From Octopus vulgaris (taxonomy: Eukaryota), in contig OX597815.1 of the NCBI GenBank assembly GCA_951406725.2, positions 189,038,001 through 189,102,000 of the forward strand: a stretch of DNA of 64,000 bases. Direction: 5' to 3'. This document shows, in pieces, positions 1 to 13,783 of the stretch (within the stretch, counting starts at the first letter, position 1; each line of letters opens with the position of its first letter). Made by a program: the position numbers and the translations under genes. The notes under the pieces were generated by a model. It was not told the DNA's origin, ran no database searches, and was given only the letters and a program-made list of their open reading frames with translations.

Positions 1-1056
1 TATGCAATGTAGAATTTTCACTTTGCTTATCACCACTTCCTCGTCTACTTGACTCTGTTCCCTCTCTATCATCCTCTGACTCATTTTAATCTATGTTCAG
101 CCATCTTTAATTTCCTCTTATCTCCCTTGCTTTCCTTTCTCTTCTTCTCTCACAGCCTCTCCCTTTCCCTCATCTCTTTCTTCCACTTTTCTCTTCCTAT
201 CACTCATCATTTTACATCAACACACTCAGCTCCCATCTCTCTCTCTCTCTTTTTCTTTCTCTCTCTTTCTCTTTCTCTCTCCCTCCCTCCCATCTCCTCC
301 CCCCATCTCTCTTGCAGTGTTTCTGATTTTCTACATGCTTTATCTCATCTCAGCACTGTTGCAATTATATTTATTTTTCACTCTTCTACCCTTTATAAGA
401 TAATATCTTTCCATTTGGCTTAATTCAAAACATTTTTCCTCTTTTTATAAAATGGACTGGTTTCATAAAATTGTGATTAATTTTATGAGATGTGATTCCA
501 TCTTAAACATCTGAAAATATGTAAAATTATCACACCGTTACTTTCTTCATTCCTTTCCTTCTTTCTTTTTAATAGAATTCTAAGAAAATAAAATGAGGCA
601 AGCTGAAAATAAGAAACATCTAAACCAGATTTACTCATTTCGTTCTTGTTTAGACTTCCCAATTATTCAGATATTAATTTTGAAGAATTATGGTTTATTT
701 AAGCAATATTTTAACTAACAACATAAATAGCATTTTACATGAGGTAAAACAGTCCTGCACAGACAAATGATTATACATTGCGGACCCAAATGAATTAGGA
801 AAATTTACACATTTTGTGACATTTACTGTTTTCTTTTACATTATCATATAACTCTTTACCCCCCTACACAGACACACACAGACACACACACTCATGCACA
901 TTCTCAGTATGGATTAGAAAAATTATTGATGCTGACAAAATGAAAGAAAAAGCTAATGCTAGCTGGATTTGAACTCAGAGCATGGAGGAAATGATATTAA
1001 ATATTGAAGAGAAATTTAGTCTGATTCTACAATGTTACTATCAGGCCACATCCTTA

Positions 1057-1090
<34 letters not shown>

Positions 1091-1101
1091 TAATAATAAT
1101 G

Positions 1102-1132
<31 letters not shown>

Positions 1133-1136
1133 TGAT

Positions 1137-1191
<55 letters not shown>

Positions 1192-1552
1192 GATTGTGAT
1201 GACAATGATGATGATGATGATGATAATGCCGATGACGATGATGATAATAATGATGATGATGACAATGATGATGATGATGATGATAATGCCGATGACGATG
1301 ATGATAATAATGATAATGATGACAATGATGATGATGATGACGACGACGATGATGATGATGATGATTTTGGTGCTGGTGATGATGATGACAATAATGACGG
1401 TGATGACAAATTTTGATGTTGATGACAACGATGATGACGACGATGACAGTGATGAAATGATGACAATGATGATGACAACAATGATGATGACATTGATGAT
1501 GATGAGGATGATAATGATGATGATGACACCAACGATGACGATGAAGATGATG
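1057..1552. repeat. Compound (AAT)n/(GAT/GAC)n trinucleotide microsatellite
   Basis: Visible directly; includes a near-exact 60-bp higher-order duplication (1201-1260 vs 1261-1320). Explains the poly-N/D/I/M ORFs. Confidence 0.95.
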
Positions 1553-2305
1553 GCGGTGGAGAAAGAGAACAAGTACTATGAAAAGATGACGGACAACAAT
1601 AAGAAGATCATTCAATTTTGATGTATTTTACTAATTCCTTTGCTAAATCACCACTATTGAGAAATTAATCATAGGCTGAAGAACAAATTGGTCTTTTTAT
1701 GGATGGTCTACGTATCTTCTCTCACTGCATTAACAAAGAAAATAACATCTAACAAAGATCAATAGAATTTATTGCACATTTTAGTTCTAGGCTGGAGAAT
1801 ATGCAGCTATTAGAGTTTAAAGAAATATAGAACATTTTGTTCCATTCATATGGAATAGATTCTTGAGCATATGATAATAACTGCATACTTGAAAGTATTC
1901 TTGGTTACAATTTTAAGAAGCGCTACATCCATTATTAAAATTGAAGTTAAATTATATGAGCTTCAGGCAAGATTTTGCCTCCTGATTCAAGTGAAACTTG
2001 AACATGATTTAATGACTTAAAATATTAATCATATTTTAATGCAGCTTCTGCTTTTAAATATTTAAATATGATTTTTTTTTCTTCCTGCTTTTGCTTCTCT
2101 TACTGATCGTTATTATAGTCCATCCCTCCCTCCCTCCACAGCCCCTATCACTGTATTATGACAGAGTAACATTAATGGGCTTAAAAGATTATTATAAAGA
2201 TGACAAGGGAGCAAAGAATAGGGGAGGGGAAAAAATTCTTTTTACTGTGTTTAAGAAAACAACAAGTACAAAATAGAAACTCAGCTGGTCAATGATTAAA
2301 ACTAC

Positions 2306-2454
2306 AGGTAAATATAAATGCAAAATTTTCAAGGTAAATATAAATGCAAAATTTTCAAGGTAAATATAAATGCAAAATTTTTAAGGTAAAATATAAATGC
2401 AAAATGTTCAAGGTAAATATAAATGCAAAATGTTCAAGGTAAATATAAATGCAA
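2306..2454. repeat. 26-bp minisatellite (AGGTAAATATAAATGCAAAATTTTCA), about 5.7 copies
   Basis: Units start at 2306, 2332, 2358, 2384, 2411 and 2437. Confidence 0.95.
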
Positions 2455-2457
2455 GAG

Positions 2458-2662
2458 AGTCACTTAAAACTAGTTTCAAATTTTCATCCTTGGTCACTTG
2501 GTGATAGGTTTATACTCTTATACCTCTTCACTCATAATGAGTTTAAAATGTCTATTGTCATGCAGTGTGAATGTGCATGGCTCAGTGGTTAGAGCATCGG
2601 GCTTAGAATCGTGGGGATGTGAGTTTGATGTGTTGTGTTCTGGAGCAAGATACTTTATTTCA
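2458..2662 (+). repeat. Local ~205-bp duplicate of 6061-6265 (unique flank plus 5' part of a family-D SINE)
   Basis: Colinear from AGTCACTTAAAAC to TTTATTTCA. Both copies lack the same SINE-head segment relative to the complete copy at 46689. Confidence 0.9.
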
Positions 2663-2745
2663 AGGTAAATATAAAAAATAGCAAGAGAGAAAAATATATA
2701 GTAATTTGTCTCTCACCCATATGGTTTTTGGTTCAATTCTACTAT

Positions 2746-2938
2746 GCTGGGTGAATGCTTAGCGGGATTTTGTCTGACTTTATGTTCTGAATTCCAATTA
2801 TGCTGAGGTCGACTTTACCTTTCATCTTTTCTGGGTTGATAGATTAAGTACCAGTTTTATTCTATACTGGAGTTGATCTCATCGACTGGACCCTTCTTCA
2901 AAAATTTTGGGCCCTGTGGCTAGAGTAGAAAAGATTAT
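2746..2938 (+). mobile_element. SINE family A (MetaSINE-like domain), decayed
   Basis: GAGGTCGACTTTACCTTTCATC...GATAGATTAAGTACCAG core shared with many copies in the window. Confidence 0.8.
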
Positions 2939-4792
2939 TTTACAGGTTCAAGATTTTTCTGTGATTACATTACCCATTTTTAGAAGGACATTGTTGGGTA
3001 GGTGTGAGAGGATGGATTTGGCTGGTTTGAACATAAAACAGGTAGAATATTTTGGCCACTGTTCCATCAGGCTATGACTCTGCTAAAAATTCTGATGAAT
3101 TAAATTGCAAATGGTGGTGTATGAAATCTAAGCCATATCTGCTATACAGAGGCTTTAAAATTATAGGCAAGAGACAATGCACGGCTGAAAGTCATTTGAA
3201 AATTTTTGCACAAATTCAGTATTAATGTCAGAATAAGTATGGTGCAAGAAAAAAAGCATCAAATCTACTTTATGAAGAGAGATATTAATTAAAATTTAAC
3301 AAATTAGCTTTAGGTACTGAAAATAAACAATTACAACAAAATCACCTATTTTAGTAATTATGAACTACTCAGATACAAAATAATGAAATGAAAGAGAAAA
3401 TTAGAAAATGGTGCCATTGAGAAACAAATGTCAGTGTGAGACATTAGATAAAAGGCATAAGTGCTTCTCCTCCTTCTATATTTAATAGTGCCAAATCTTG
3501 ATAAACAAATCTTTATAAGGAAATTCTTTTTCCAAAAATATAGGAACTCAGACACACTTTTGATTTTACCATAAAAGAAAGCAAAATTTTGAAGAATATA
3601 AACCACCACTAGTTTTGCTGGATTTTTATAATATTTATATTTTTATATTTTTATATATTTTTTCATTTAGAGATAGTAGGCTCCTTCATCCCACCATATA
3701 AAAGAATTTTAATTTAATTTAACACTTACTACTTATATCTCGGCTACACATGTTTCTTGAGGTTCATATTCCGGTTCCTTAACCATGCTGTGTTTTGCAG
3801 GAACCTTACTTAAAATATAACCCTAGGGCTCTACATCACTTTATCATAGTTTGATAGTAAAAACTATATTTTAATTTTAAACATATAAGTATGTGTATGA
3901 GTATGTAATATAATATAAGAGAATAATATATAAAAAATCATGCCTTTTATTCCAAATTATACTAAATTTGTACCATGGAAAAAGGAACACAATAAGTTAA
4001 AATGGCTCACTTGTCTATATACAAAAAAAAAAAAAAAAAAAAATCTCCAAAATACCAAGTTGACATCGTATGCAAATATAAAATCTCAAGACTACATCTT
4101 TTTTAAAATTCTGAAGTCTGATGGAACAGAAAACTCTCCCAAAAATACATTCCAGGCTTGTTAATGCATCATTACCATTATTAACAAACTGCACATTAAC
4201 ATCAACTGTAAATTTATTATCAAAGTACAGAAAAACCAGCATCACTGAGCCAACCTATAAATCAATCAAAAAGAAAAAAAGAAAACCCCCTAAAAACATC
4301 AGCGAAGAGGAAAAATAAAAAGGAAAAAAAGATTGAAGATGAAACTAGAATAAATTTGAATATTAACAAGTCCCAAATCAACAGAAGCACAGTCTTTAGA
4401 AGATCCATCTGTGTTTGTATCAAAAAGATTCAATGTCTTTGAAGACGTGAAAATTATTGAGGCTGCAGCTTTAAGAAGAGCTGCTATGTTAATGATAGTT
4501 CTTCTAAATACTTGCATCCAGAAAATAGAGCATATACTTCCACTGAACCCATGCTCACTGTTCGTCTTCTCTTTCCTTATAAGGTTTTGAAAATATATAC
4601 AAAGACCTATATCTATGAAACTGATCTAATCCAAACACCTATAAACTCTCTTGAAGATATGAGAGACCCCTATCTAAATCTTAGATTTTTTCCATTTGTA
4701 AATACCCTTGATGCAATGCTTTAAAAGAGCAAAAAAAAAAAAAAAAAAGAGCTGAGAAATAATTATTTTTCAATAAAGCAATTAAAAAGTAA

Positions 4793-4877
4793 TCATCATC
4801 ATCATTTAGCATACACTTTCCATGCTAGCATGGGTTGGACGGTTCAACTGGGGTCTGGGAAGCCAGAAGGCTGCACC

Positions 4878-4878
<1 letters not shown>
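4793..4878 (-). mobile_element. RTE-like LINE 3' tail fragment with (GAT)n tail
   Basis: Reverse complement of AACCGTCCAACCCATGCTAGCATGGAAAG...(GAT)n, as at 24143-24433. Confidence 0.75.
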
Positions 4879-4943
<65 letters not shown>

Positions 4944-6168
4944 GATGTGTGTACATGTATGTGCATTTGATCTTTGTAACAAAATGCTCCCCTGATGATC
5001 TATTGCATTTAGGCTTTGAAATGCTCTAGGAATGTCTAATGCATAATTCCAAATAACTGCAATGGCTAAACATACATAGGAACTACTTATATACACCAGT
5101 GTTTACCTTAATTTTCACTGTATGCTCTGTATAACATGTCTTCTAAAACTGCCAAGTACAACAGTAGATTAACCACTATACTGGATGACAATAATCTACG
5201 TGGAGCTCCAACTCATACTATAGTTGTACAGTTGTACTGTACGCACAAGATATCCATCCATCCATGCAGCCATCCATCAATGTGTGTGTGTGTGTGTGTA
5301 TTTGTGTGTGTGTGTGTGTTCTGCCTTTCAGTGACAGCGTTGAGGAAAATTCAAAGGCTGCCTGGACAGCACAATGTCTAGCTAAACTGCTGGATCGAAC
5401 ATCTTTCAATAATATCATTACTTATCCTAATTATGGCTTTTAACTTTAAAGCGCATTTGGTCTTCCATAGATTTTTCCTTCTTGGAAAGAATATATCATC
5501 AATCCCATACCAAAACCAGGAGTTGACATTTTGATCCTGAAAATTACAAACTAATCTCTGTTGGGCAATATAATATCCTCACTGATATCTGATATTCAGT
5601 GTGGATTCATGAATCAGGTAAATGCCATAGATTATCTGATATGCTTGGAGGATACGAGATGCCTTTATAAAGGTAAAAAAATAAACTCCCCCTAAAAAAT
5701 ATAAATGTAGCTTTGATTAAGGAAAAAAAAAAACAAAGAAAAAATACGATGCAATCTAGAAACATGATATATGATTATGAGAACATGAAAATTTTTATAT
5801 TTCTAAAAGATATAACTTATATTGTATAAATAAGGATCCATCTATCTAATTCTTAGAAGGAACCGAAAGTCCCCTATTTGGTGTCAAAATAAATAGCCTC
5901 ATCAACATTAAAAAAATACAAATATCGCAGATTCTCTGTATGCTGTGATTTTTAATGTTATATGAGGGAAAACATGCATGTTATAGGACAAGAGTGTCAG
6001 CATTGAATAAACAACAGACCTATTCTATCTCTCAAAAGCAAGTTTCAAATAAACGCACTCAGTCACTTAAAACCAGTTTCAAATTTTCATCCTCGGTCAC
6101 TTGAGGATGGGTTTATATTTTTATATCTCTTCACTCATAACGTGTTTAAACTGTCCATTGTCATGCAA

Positions 6169-6495
6169 TGTGAATGCACATGGCTTAGTGGTTAGAGCAT
6201 CGGGCTTAGAATCGTGAGGCTGTGAGTTTGATGCGTTGCGTTCTGGAGCAAGAAAATTTATTTCACATTGCTCCAGTTCTCTCAGCTGTAGAAATGAATT
6301 TGCAACATTACTGGTGCCAAGCTGTATTGGTCTTTGTCTTTCCCTTGGACAACATCGGTGGTATGGAGAATGAAGTCTGGTATGCATGGACAACTGCTGG
6401 TCCTCCACAAACAACCTTGCCCAGACCTGTAATTCGGAGGGGAACTTTCTAGGTAAGATCCCATGATCATTCATGATCGAGTGGAGTCTTTACCC
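6169..6495 (+). mobile_element. SINE family D (tRNA-derived head)
   Basis: A-box-like TGGCTTAGTGGTTAGAGC; body colinear with 46689-47033; ends GTCTTTACCCT. Confidence 0.85.
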
Positions 6496-6916
6496 TGTCT
6501 TGCAAAACTAGTTTCGGATTTTCTTATTTGGTTTCTGGAAACTTCACTTTCACACTTGGCCACTCATGAATAGTTTAAAGTTATCACATGAAACTAGTTT
6601 CAAATTTTATAAATGGTCACGTGGTTACAAATTTTCAAAGCTAAAACTATTTTGCTTTGTGAAAAGATACAGTAACCTAAAATATATTTTTATTTTTTGG
6701 TCACAAATTGAAATTATCAAACTAGGATATTTGAAGGCATATAACATTCAACAAATTTTGAAACCCCATGATTAGGGAGTTAACAATTTGATAGCATTCC
6801 AGCAATTTAATATTATTCCACCATTGTAAAGTTGAATTATTGTATCGAGAATATTTTAAATATAGTATAGCAGCACTTCAGTTTTCAAGCAAATCTGATC
6901 ACAAATAAATTGTACT

Positions 6917-6940
6917 TTATATATATATATATATATATAT

Positions 6941-6999
<59 letters not shown>

Positions 7000-7028
7000 T
7001 ATAGATAGATAGATAGATATAGATATAT
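6917..7028. repeat. (TA)n(GATA)n microsatellite
   Basis: Visible directly. Confidence 0.95.
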
Positions 7029-7976
7029 CTCAAGCATGATTTATTCATGATCAGAGGGTTTCATTAAACCAAGGCACTACTGTATTAAATAAATATGAGA
7101 ATGACAGGAAATAAAGTACAATTTATTTGTAATTAGAGTTGTTCAAAAACTGAGCTTCTACTTTATTAAACGAATATTTATTATATGTGAGAGGTTAGAC
7201 CTGAGCAGTTTGAACTTAAAGCAGGTAGAATATTTGGGCCAGATATGGCCGGTTTAAATATTATAGGGTTAAAATAGTAAGATGTGATTTGAAGATTTTG
7301 GTTGCTATTCTTTTATTAAGTGTACCAGCCATCAGCTTGAACAGAACTGATGTTTTGCAGCAACAACAGGCAGACTAATGTTTTACATTGGAAAGCATAA
7401 TAACGACATCCTGCTGTGGTGTTTTGCCTAGTGTGTGTGCTCCAAGTTTATTTCTTATGCTTCTTTATAGATCACTTTTTAAAGCTGAATTTATGAAATA
7501 ATATTTTTTGTTGAATACACAGTAAAATATGTGAGAGTAAATAAATTCTTTTGTTTTTTTTTTAATGCCTTTCCAAATCAAAGTTTGAACTGGCACCTTA
7601 GCAAAGATATACTAATCAATTACTTCAACCATAAACCATACTAGATTGAAAAAGCAAGGAAATATAACGCTGACATTATGGATCTGGTAGCTACAGTAAT
7701 GACTATACTTCACTCAGGAAATCTAGTAAAACTAAAACAGGTTTTTTGCTGTCATTACACTTGTACAAGATCAGATTAATTTAACATTAGGCTTTGTGCA
7801 AATGTTTTGTTCTTTATCACATGCCTGATTCCACTTTGGATTAATTGAAAATTTTATACAGTCAACCCATTTTGATCTTCTGAGAATTTATTATTGATAT
7901 CTAGAATTGTTGCCCTTCTAGTTTTGAGCAGATTTGAGCAAGGGCTTAGAGTTTACCTCTCCTATGATAAGTCTTA

Positions 7977-8098
7977 ATTAATTTGCTTTTCTTTGCTGGC
8001 TATATTAAATATATTAATGAGTACTTTATTAATTGTTGTTAATTGCTTTTCTTTGCTGGCTATGTTAAATATATTAATGAGTACTTTATTAATTGTTT
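7977..8098. repeat. ~61-bp tandem duplication
   Basis: TTGCTTTTCTTTGCTGGCTAT(A/G)TTAAATATATTAATGAGTACTTTATTAATTGTT occurs twice. Confidence 0.9.
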
Positions 8099-8306
8099 CC
8101 CAACATAAATACAGACATAGCACTCCTGAATAATTCTGCTGATCATTATATAAGTTAAAGCATTAGAGGTTTATAATAAGTGGATTTTTTTTTTTTGTCA
8201 ACAAAAAGACTCAAAAACTCCATGTCTCACACCAGGTATTCACCATCATACAATAGGTACAGATCACCCCTGTAATCAGTGGTTGTATGTAAGTAATGGT
8301 ATATTA

Positions 8307-8534
8307 GGTGGTGAGCTGGCAGAAACGTTAGTACGCTGGGCGAAATGCTTAGCAGTATTTCGTCTGCCACTACATTCTGAGTTCAAATTCCGCCGAGGTC
8401 GACTTTGCCTTTCATCCTTTTGGGGTGGATAAATTAAGTACCAGTTACGCACTGGGGTCGATGCAATCGACTTAATACCTATGTCTGTCCTTGTTTGTCC
8501 CCTCTATGTTTAGCAGCTTGTGGGTAATAAAGAA
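8307..8534 (+). mobile_element. SINE family A, full length
   Basis: GGTGGTGAGCTGGCAGAAACG head, GAGTTCAAATTCC B-box-like motif, GCCTTTCATCCTTT.GGGGT.GATAAATTAAGTACCAG (resembles the MetaSINE domain), AATAAAGAA tail. Confidence 0.9.
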
Positions 8535-10254
8535 GGTACATAATAATAAAGAAGGTACATTAGCTTGGACTGTTTTTTCAAAGTCTTTCTCTGGACGAAA
8601 TATATACTAAAATGGCATCCTATCAAGAAAGTGAGGTATTTATGAACTACTTAAATGCCAGGAACAGAGTCTGGATGTTCTCTATCACCCTACAACAATT
8701 TTCAATAACATACATGGGGTAAAAATACAAAAAAAAAATAATAATAAATAAAATAAAAATAAAACTCTCAAATTTAAATAGCTATCTTTTCTACTTTATT
8801 GCAAAGGGGATGACATTTAAATGTTCAGATGCAAAACACATGACTTGACAATTCATGCACATATCCTAATTTATGCAAGAACTATTCAACCCATGCTAGC
8901 ACGGAGAAAAAGATTGGATGTAATAATGTTAAAGAAGAAAAACAGTAATCTGCATGCGTAAAGGTTATAGATATGATAAAATAAAGAAATTATTTGCATA
9001 ACATAGCCCAAAATAGTCTCTATTATTGATTACCATCTTTTAATGCAATAAAGGCAGAAAATTGTTCATAAAACTTCTATTCTGATCAATTACTGCAGCT
9101 AGTTGTGGCATGAGGAAAGCAGTTTAAGTGTTTGGCAAATTGCTCAGCCATTCACTTCAAATGCTGTTGATGCATGAAAAAAAAAAATGCTTTCATTGAA
9201 AGTGCATAGAACTAAAGATTTTATGACTGCATGAGGTTGAAGCTAATATATTCTTCAACAGCAATGAGAATTTAAACTGCTGTTGACACTTCGTAAATTA
9301 CCATATAGTTGTAAGAGTTAATTTGTCATAAATACTTTAACAGAATACATAAATGTAGGAGCTTCTTGTAACAAATGCTATCATTAAAATAGATGAAAGA
9401 TAAATATAATGTATTATATTATTGATTGTCAGTATTAAATGAAAAGTCTACAGGTTTTTCTTAATGTGTGATCCTTTCTGCTAAAGATAATAAAAATTGT
9501 AATTGTAATTCATGTCTCATACTAAATGGATATTTTTGTGGCTGAGATAGTAATGTTCCAGACTCTATGTTCTGTAGTGTTTAGTTTCATCCTTCTAAAT
9601 TCTGAATTCAGACTTGCCATGGTTGACGTTGCCATTTATATGTCTGGTTTAAATAAACATCTGAAATATGATGAGGTCATTTCAATTAACTGTCTTCTTT
9701 CCTGAAAAGATTGAACTCGAGTTTAATAAAATTAAATCAATATTATAGCATTATGCAAAGATTCAAGTGACAAACAAATTACTATAAAATCAACTGTCTT
9801 CCTATTGAATTCCAGTAAACAATTCTTGACAAGTAACTTACACCAAGATACATTTCTTTAAATACAATTTCTTTCACAAAAGGGCAAAAATTATTTCTGG
9901 CATCAAGATTCATCATTCAAATGATGCTACTTGGCTAAAGATTCAGACAAATCTTGATTGAAAGCTGTAAAAGTTTTATACGAAGATTCTAAAACATAGA
10001 ACTATAAGTCTGTTCACCTGTAAATGATACAGACATAAACTGTTGAATGTGAAATGAAAAAGGTGAGCAGAGATGAGGTAAGAACATGTCTAGATAAGAG
10101 TGGCATTCGGTAATGGGTTAACTTGCAAAGCAAATGGATATAAAATGTTGTCAGCTGAGTGATGTTTTCATCACAAGAAATGGCTGTTCAGATTACAGTA
10201 CATTGGACGTCACAGATGAAATTATATATACATACATAAAAGTTATACATTCGA

Positions 10255-10546
10255 GTGAGGTCATTGCCAGTGCTGCTGGACGGGCTCCTGTGCAGGTGGC
10301 ACATAAAAAGCACCATTTGAGTGTGGCTGCTTCCAATATCACCTGACTGGCCCTCGTGCCGATGGCATGTTAAAGCACCCACTACACTCTCAGAGTGATT
10401 GGCGTTAGGAAGGGCAACCAGGTGTAGAAACTCTGCAAGATCAGATTGGAGTCGGGTGCAGCCATCTGATTCACCAGACCTCAGTCAAATCGTCTAACCC
10501 ATGCTAGCATGGAAAGCGGACGTTAAATGATGATGATGTCGATGAT
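10255..10546 (+). mobile_element. RTE-like LINE 3' UTR fragment
   Basis: AAAAGCACC subrepeats, TTGGCGTTAGGAAGGGCA, CCATGCTAGCATGG palindrome, (GAT)n tail. Confidence 0.8.
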
Positions 10547-10547
10547 A

Positions 10548-11345
10548 TAGTGGTGTACAAAGAGGTTACTGTTTTGGTTCTAGAAATGAGGAGGGAACAA
10601 AGCTGCTGGAATTCTGTGATGCAAATGACTTGTTGATCTACAACACTAATTTCATGGATTTACCCAACCCCCTGGTCGCCTAACAATTTTGTGAACACAC
10701 GACCAGATTGACTGAGAAAATGAAAGGGACAGATAGCTGTGAATGAAATTCCTTAGTGAAGAGTGTACAATCCAAAATAAATTAATACTTAGTGACTTCA
10801 CACTTTGAGTTAGTAGGGCTCATATTTACAAACCAGTCTAGAAAAAGAAGCCAAGGAGGTTTAAAGATCTATTGAGTAGTAATAAATTTAAAGAAGTACC
10901 AGTTAAAGCATTTGATGAAAAGAAAAATGAGATGGAAATATAGCATAAGGGACTACTAGAAGTTCTTAGAAGACAGCCTACCAAGGATTATGAATTACAT
11001 CTGTGGCTGGTACAAAGTTCCAACAAACCAAACAGGAAGTGGTGGTGGTGGAACAGTAAAACAGACAAATCCATAAAGACAAAGAGACAGGCTTGGAAAG
11101 ACAGTAAAAATAGAGAGAGAGTGAAGAATTATATTAAGTGGTTAGAAGAGAAGCTTGATGTCAGGTCTACATTGCAAAGAGAAAAGCAGAAAGGATGAAT
11201 CTTGTCTATGCTCTACAGTATGAGGATCAGAGACAGGAAATGTTCTGGATTTCAAAGCAATGTATTATAGAAAATCCGGATGTTATGAGTAAGATGTGTA
11301 TATAGAAGAACAATAGTCCATTTGTACTTAGTAATTCTGAAAATA
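10548..11345 (+). pseudogene. Decayed RTE-clade LINE: APE endonuclease C-terminus and linker
   Basis: Frame from 10552 reads GVQRGYCFGSRNEEGTKLLEFCDANDLLIYNTNF (RTE/BovB-type endonuclease motif), later PSEECTIQNKLILSDF and WWWNSKTDKSI; multiple stops and frameshifts. Confidence 0.85.
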
Positions 11346-11385
11346 AAATGATGCAGAAGGAAACTACATGTGGAAACTACATGGA

Positions 11386-12020
11386 AGAGAGAGTGTGACA
11401 AGGCTGGCCCTTTGAAATACAAGCACAACAGAAACAGGAAGAAAGAGTGAGAGAAAGTTGTGGTGAAAGAATACAGCAGGGTTTGCCACCATCCCCTGCT
11501 GGAGCATCATGGAGCTTTAGGTGTTTTTGCTCTATAAACACTCACAATGTCTGGTCCTAATCCTAAACTTAATTGAAACTGTGATCCTATGACCCCGCAT
11601 CTGCTACCCTAACCACTGGGCCATTTCACCTCCACAAAGGAGCACTCAGTCAGTTATGACAACAAGGGTTCCAGTTGATCCGATCAACAGAACAATCTGC
11701 TTGTGAAGTTAACGTGCAAGTGGCTGAGCACTCCACAGACACTTGTACCCTCAACGTAGTTCTCGGGGAGATTCAACATGACACAGAGTGTGACAAGGCT
11801 GGCCCTTTGAAATACAGGTAAAGTAGAAACAGGAAGAAAGAGTGTGAGAAAGTTGTGGTGAAAGAATACAGTAGGGTTCACCATGATCCCCTGCCAGAGC
11901 CTCGTGGAGCTTTAGGTGTTTTTGCTGTAAAAACACTCACAATGCCTGGTCTGGGAATTGAAACCACGATCCTATGACCACAAGTCCTCTACCCCAACCT
12001 CTGGACCATTGCGCCTCCAC
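11386..12020 (-). mobile_element. Two tandem family-C SINEs (one 3'-truncated)
   Basis: Two GGAGG.G.AATGG.CCAG heads near 11633 and 12020; bodies match 36027-36413. Confidence 0.85.
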
Positions 12021-13004
12021 TACCAGGAATTACCACTGGGATGTTTAAAATATATGCTGGAGTAGAATACAGTTTTAGTATTCAGATTAGTCGTTTACAT
12101 TTAGTTCTATTTCACTGCTACTGTTACTTCTTATCTTCTTCTCCCTCCCCACATATCCTGTTTATCATACCTTTATCCTTATTTATCATTCATTGCATTC
12201 CCCTGTACTCATCTCAAATCCTCTCCCATTCATCTCCCACACTCTTACAAACCTTTACACATGCATCCTTCCCAATTTTCTGTCCCTATTGTCTCTTTTA
12301 TTCACCTTGTACCTTGACTATATACTCAGCCACCTCATCACCACCATCTTTATTTCTCCCTTCAACTCCACCACATCTAATACGACCTTCCTTTTCCAAG
12401 ATAATACAATGCGATATGAGGGAGATTTGGATGCTATTTGTAAAATTCATTAGACCATGTGGAAGCTCCTTTGATGGTTTGTTAGGATATTCTGTAGCTG
12501 CAGTATTTCTGAAGAATTGTATGGTAATAGTATAATAACTAGTACTTATATTGTATATGACTATTCACCCTTTAATATAAACATTTGTATTTGATATTTC
12601 AGACTGTATGGTCGTGACAAATGAGGAGTAAAGAGAATATATCTAAAATGGAATGGTTAGCAAAGAATGAAGTAATTGTGATTGCATGAACATGTAATTT
12701 TCTAACATGTAATAAAAATTCTTTGAAATATAAATTAACAGGTCTTATGTAAGAGAATACAGAATATTGAATAGTTTCGATGTAGATTAGATGGTAGTCG
12801 TTTTATCAGTTATGAAATGTATATGGCTAAAAGAATATGTGGAGTAAAGTAATTATGATTGACAATAGAGAATTTGGTTGACATAAGAAACGGAGAAGTG
12901 AAAGCGAAAGTAAATCATTCATAAGGATAATACGGTGAGATGGAGAAACGAAAAGAAAAAGCAATTCTGTTAACCATCTAACCTATACTCATTGATGTGT
13001 ATGT

Positions 13005-13512
13005 ACATGTACAAGTTCATGCGTAACACATATGCACACACACACACACAAATGCACATACACATGCATACACACGCATAAACACACATGTACATACATG
13101 CACATACACACACATGCACACTCACGTACACATACATGTGCACAAGCATATGCACACATACACATGCACACACATGCATGCATGCTCACACACACACTTG
13201 CACACACACATATACATACATACACATGCACATATACTCACATGCATACACACGCACACATGCACATACACACATGCACACACACATATACACACATACA
13301 CATGCACACAGACACATGCATGCACACACACTCTCATACACACATACACATGTGCACACACACATGCACATACATACACGCACATGTGCACACACACTCA
13401 TACATATGCACACATACACACTTACACACACATGCACACACACACACATGCACATGCACACACATACACACACATGCACATATGCACATGCACGCATACA
13501 CACACACACACA
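13005..13512. repeat. Degenerate (CA)n/(CATG/CATA) compound microsatellite
   Basis: Visible directly; source of the His/Thr-rich ORFs. Confidence 0.95.
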
Positions 13513-13783
13513 TTAGAATTGTATTTGTCCGACAAGTGATTTGATCTGAGACCATATGTTGAAACTAAATCAATTACAACGCAGAAGATATATTAGACAT
13601 TTATAAACACACAAAAGCACCCAACTTTACTTTATAATTTGCTATTCAGTTTCAAAATTTATCACATTATCAATAACATGGTCAGTGATGCTGTTCCATT
13701 GAAACTGGTCTTAGACCAGCCTGTTGCCCAGCATATATAAGCCTCAGTATTTTCAGTATATATATACTTTACTGGATAGAATT

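Noticed and set aside
982-1621. Long poly-Asp/Asn/Met/Ile ORFs, and similar ones near 13000, 22300, 39600, 43800, 47400, 58400, 62200 and 63500
   Set aside because: They are stop-free translations of microsatellites in several frames at once, with no complex coding sequence.
2306-2454. 26-bp repeat as a CRISPR array
   Set aside because: Units are contiguous with no spacers, and the context is eukaryotic.
4680-5536. Possible minus-strand terminal exons after acceptor-like sites at ~5536 (IKMSTPGFGMGLMIYSFQEGKIYGRPNAL*) and ~4718
   Set aside because: Short, no recognisable homology and no linked upstream exon.
9840-10017. Minus-strand segment with good acceptor and donor sites
   Set aside because: Stop codons in every frame I tested.
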